Source of the DNA: Ginkgo biloba
Taxonomy: Eukaryota; Plantae; Ginkgophyta
Length of the DNA: 20,430 nt
Direction of reading: 5' to 3'
Assembly (NCBI GenBank): GCA_024626585.2
Contig: JANKJI020000004.1
Span: forward strand, 3,404,269-3,424,698
Shown: piece by piece, positions 19,621-20,430 of the stretch
How positions within the stretch are numbered: the first letter of the stretch is position 1
Layout: the number at the start of each line of letters is the position of its first letter
Position numbers and translations under genes: made by a program
The notes under the pieces: model-generated
What the model saw: the letters and a program-made list of their open reading frames with translations, nothing else
Database searches by the model: none
Told to the model about the DNA's origin: nothing

Positions 19621-20430
19621 CCAATTTTAATATTAACATACATAACTCCCAATTAAGTTGTTTGCTAACCTTCTTGCTTGCAGATGAGGGTCAATTACCT
19701 TCCAAAGGCTTAATTAATGCTTTTTCTTCTTCAAACTTCTCCGTTGACAATGCTTTGACCAAGTTTGACTTGCCTTTGACTAGGATTGATTGGGTTGTAC
19801 CATCTACCTTCCCCACGTCTTTTTGTAATACATCCCTATTCACTATTGCATATTATACCTGTTTGTTGTTGCTCTCATTTGCCCACTATTGCCCACATCA
19901 TATCAATTGTCCTTGTTTGCCATTGTTCATCCACCATTGTGTAAACTACACATGTTTCAATTTGCCACTATAATATGCCACCACTGCCCTCATTTGCCAT
20001 TGTTGTAGTCTATCTTGGTTGATTTTTTATACTACCGTCACCTTGTCTCAATGATAACTCAACACCAGGTGCCCATCATCGCCTATTTTTTGTTCATCCA
20101 CTAATAAATCTGGTCATCGAGTGCTCACTTTGTTCGCTATTGAAGACAAGTTCACCATTGTCTATCATTGCCCACTATCGTCCATTAGGGATCAGCCACT
20201 CCCTGTTCGTTGTTGCAGACCACATCTATTCACTATCATTTGTTGTTTGCCCAACTATTGCCCATTTAGGCTCACACACCATCGTAGTTTATCTATCGTC
20301 TGCACCCGAACTCGCCACAACTACAATCATCGCTGAAAAAATAGTCATAGCCACAAAAAAAGGAGTCACCAATTTAAAAAAAAAAAAGAACATTAGGCTG
20401 TCAAAAAATTTAAATAAGGATATTCTTTAG

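Noticed and set aside
12687-20430. Next ACA exon (xPLITNxMWRN...)
   Set aside because: Not found. Candidates near 13375 (KPLIIE) and after the cag at 19683 do not match, so the exon is in a gap or beyond the window.

Overview
AT-rich land-plant nuclear DNA from a gapped draft scaffold. A gymnosperm/conifer-like source is inferred from the very long TE-filled introns and the style of the PPR protein, but is not proven. The backbone is the middle of one + strand plasma-membrane-type P2B Ca2+-ATPase (ACA) gene. Three exons are visible (2039-2155, 12011-12148, 12586-12686) with canonical AG/GT junctions, and the ORF track misses two of them. One expected ~99-nt exon is absent, probably hidden in an N gap. 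The ~9.9 kb between the first two visible exons holds a same-strand, intronless PLS-class PPR gene (3' end lost in a gap), an antisense SAUR pseudogene-like remnant not in the ORF track, a decayed Athila-like Ty3/gypsy pol, and the 3' end of a Ty1/copia element (RNase H, PPT, LTR start). The intron after the third exon holds a decayed + strand gypsy RT-RNase H, a CRM-like gag-protease on the minus strand, LTR-like DNA and short repeats. I found no convincing new biological system. The most notable items are the nested cellular genes inside the ACA gene, a readable PPR code, and a non-canonical M5 helix motif in the pump. Most junctions cross N gaps, so the nesting needs long-read confirmation.
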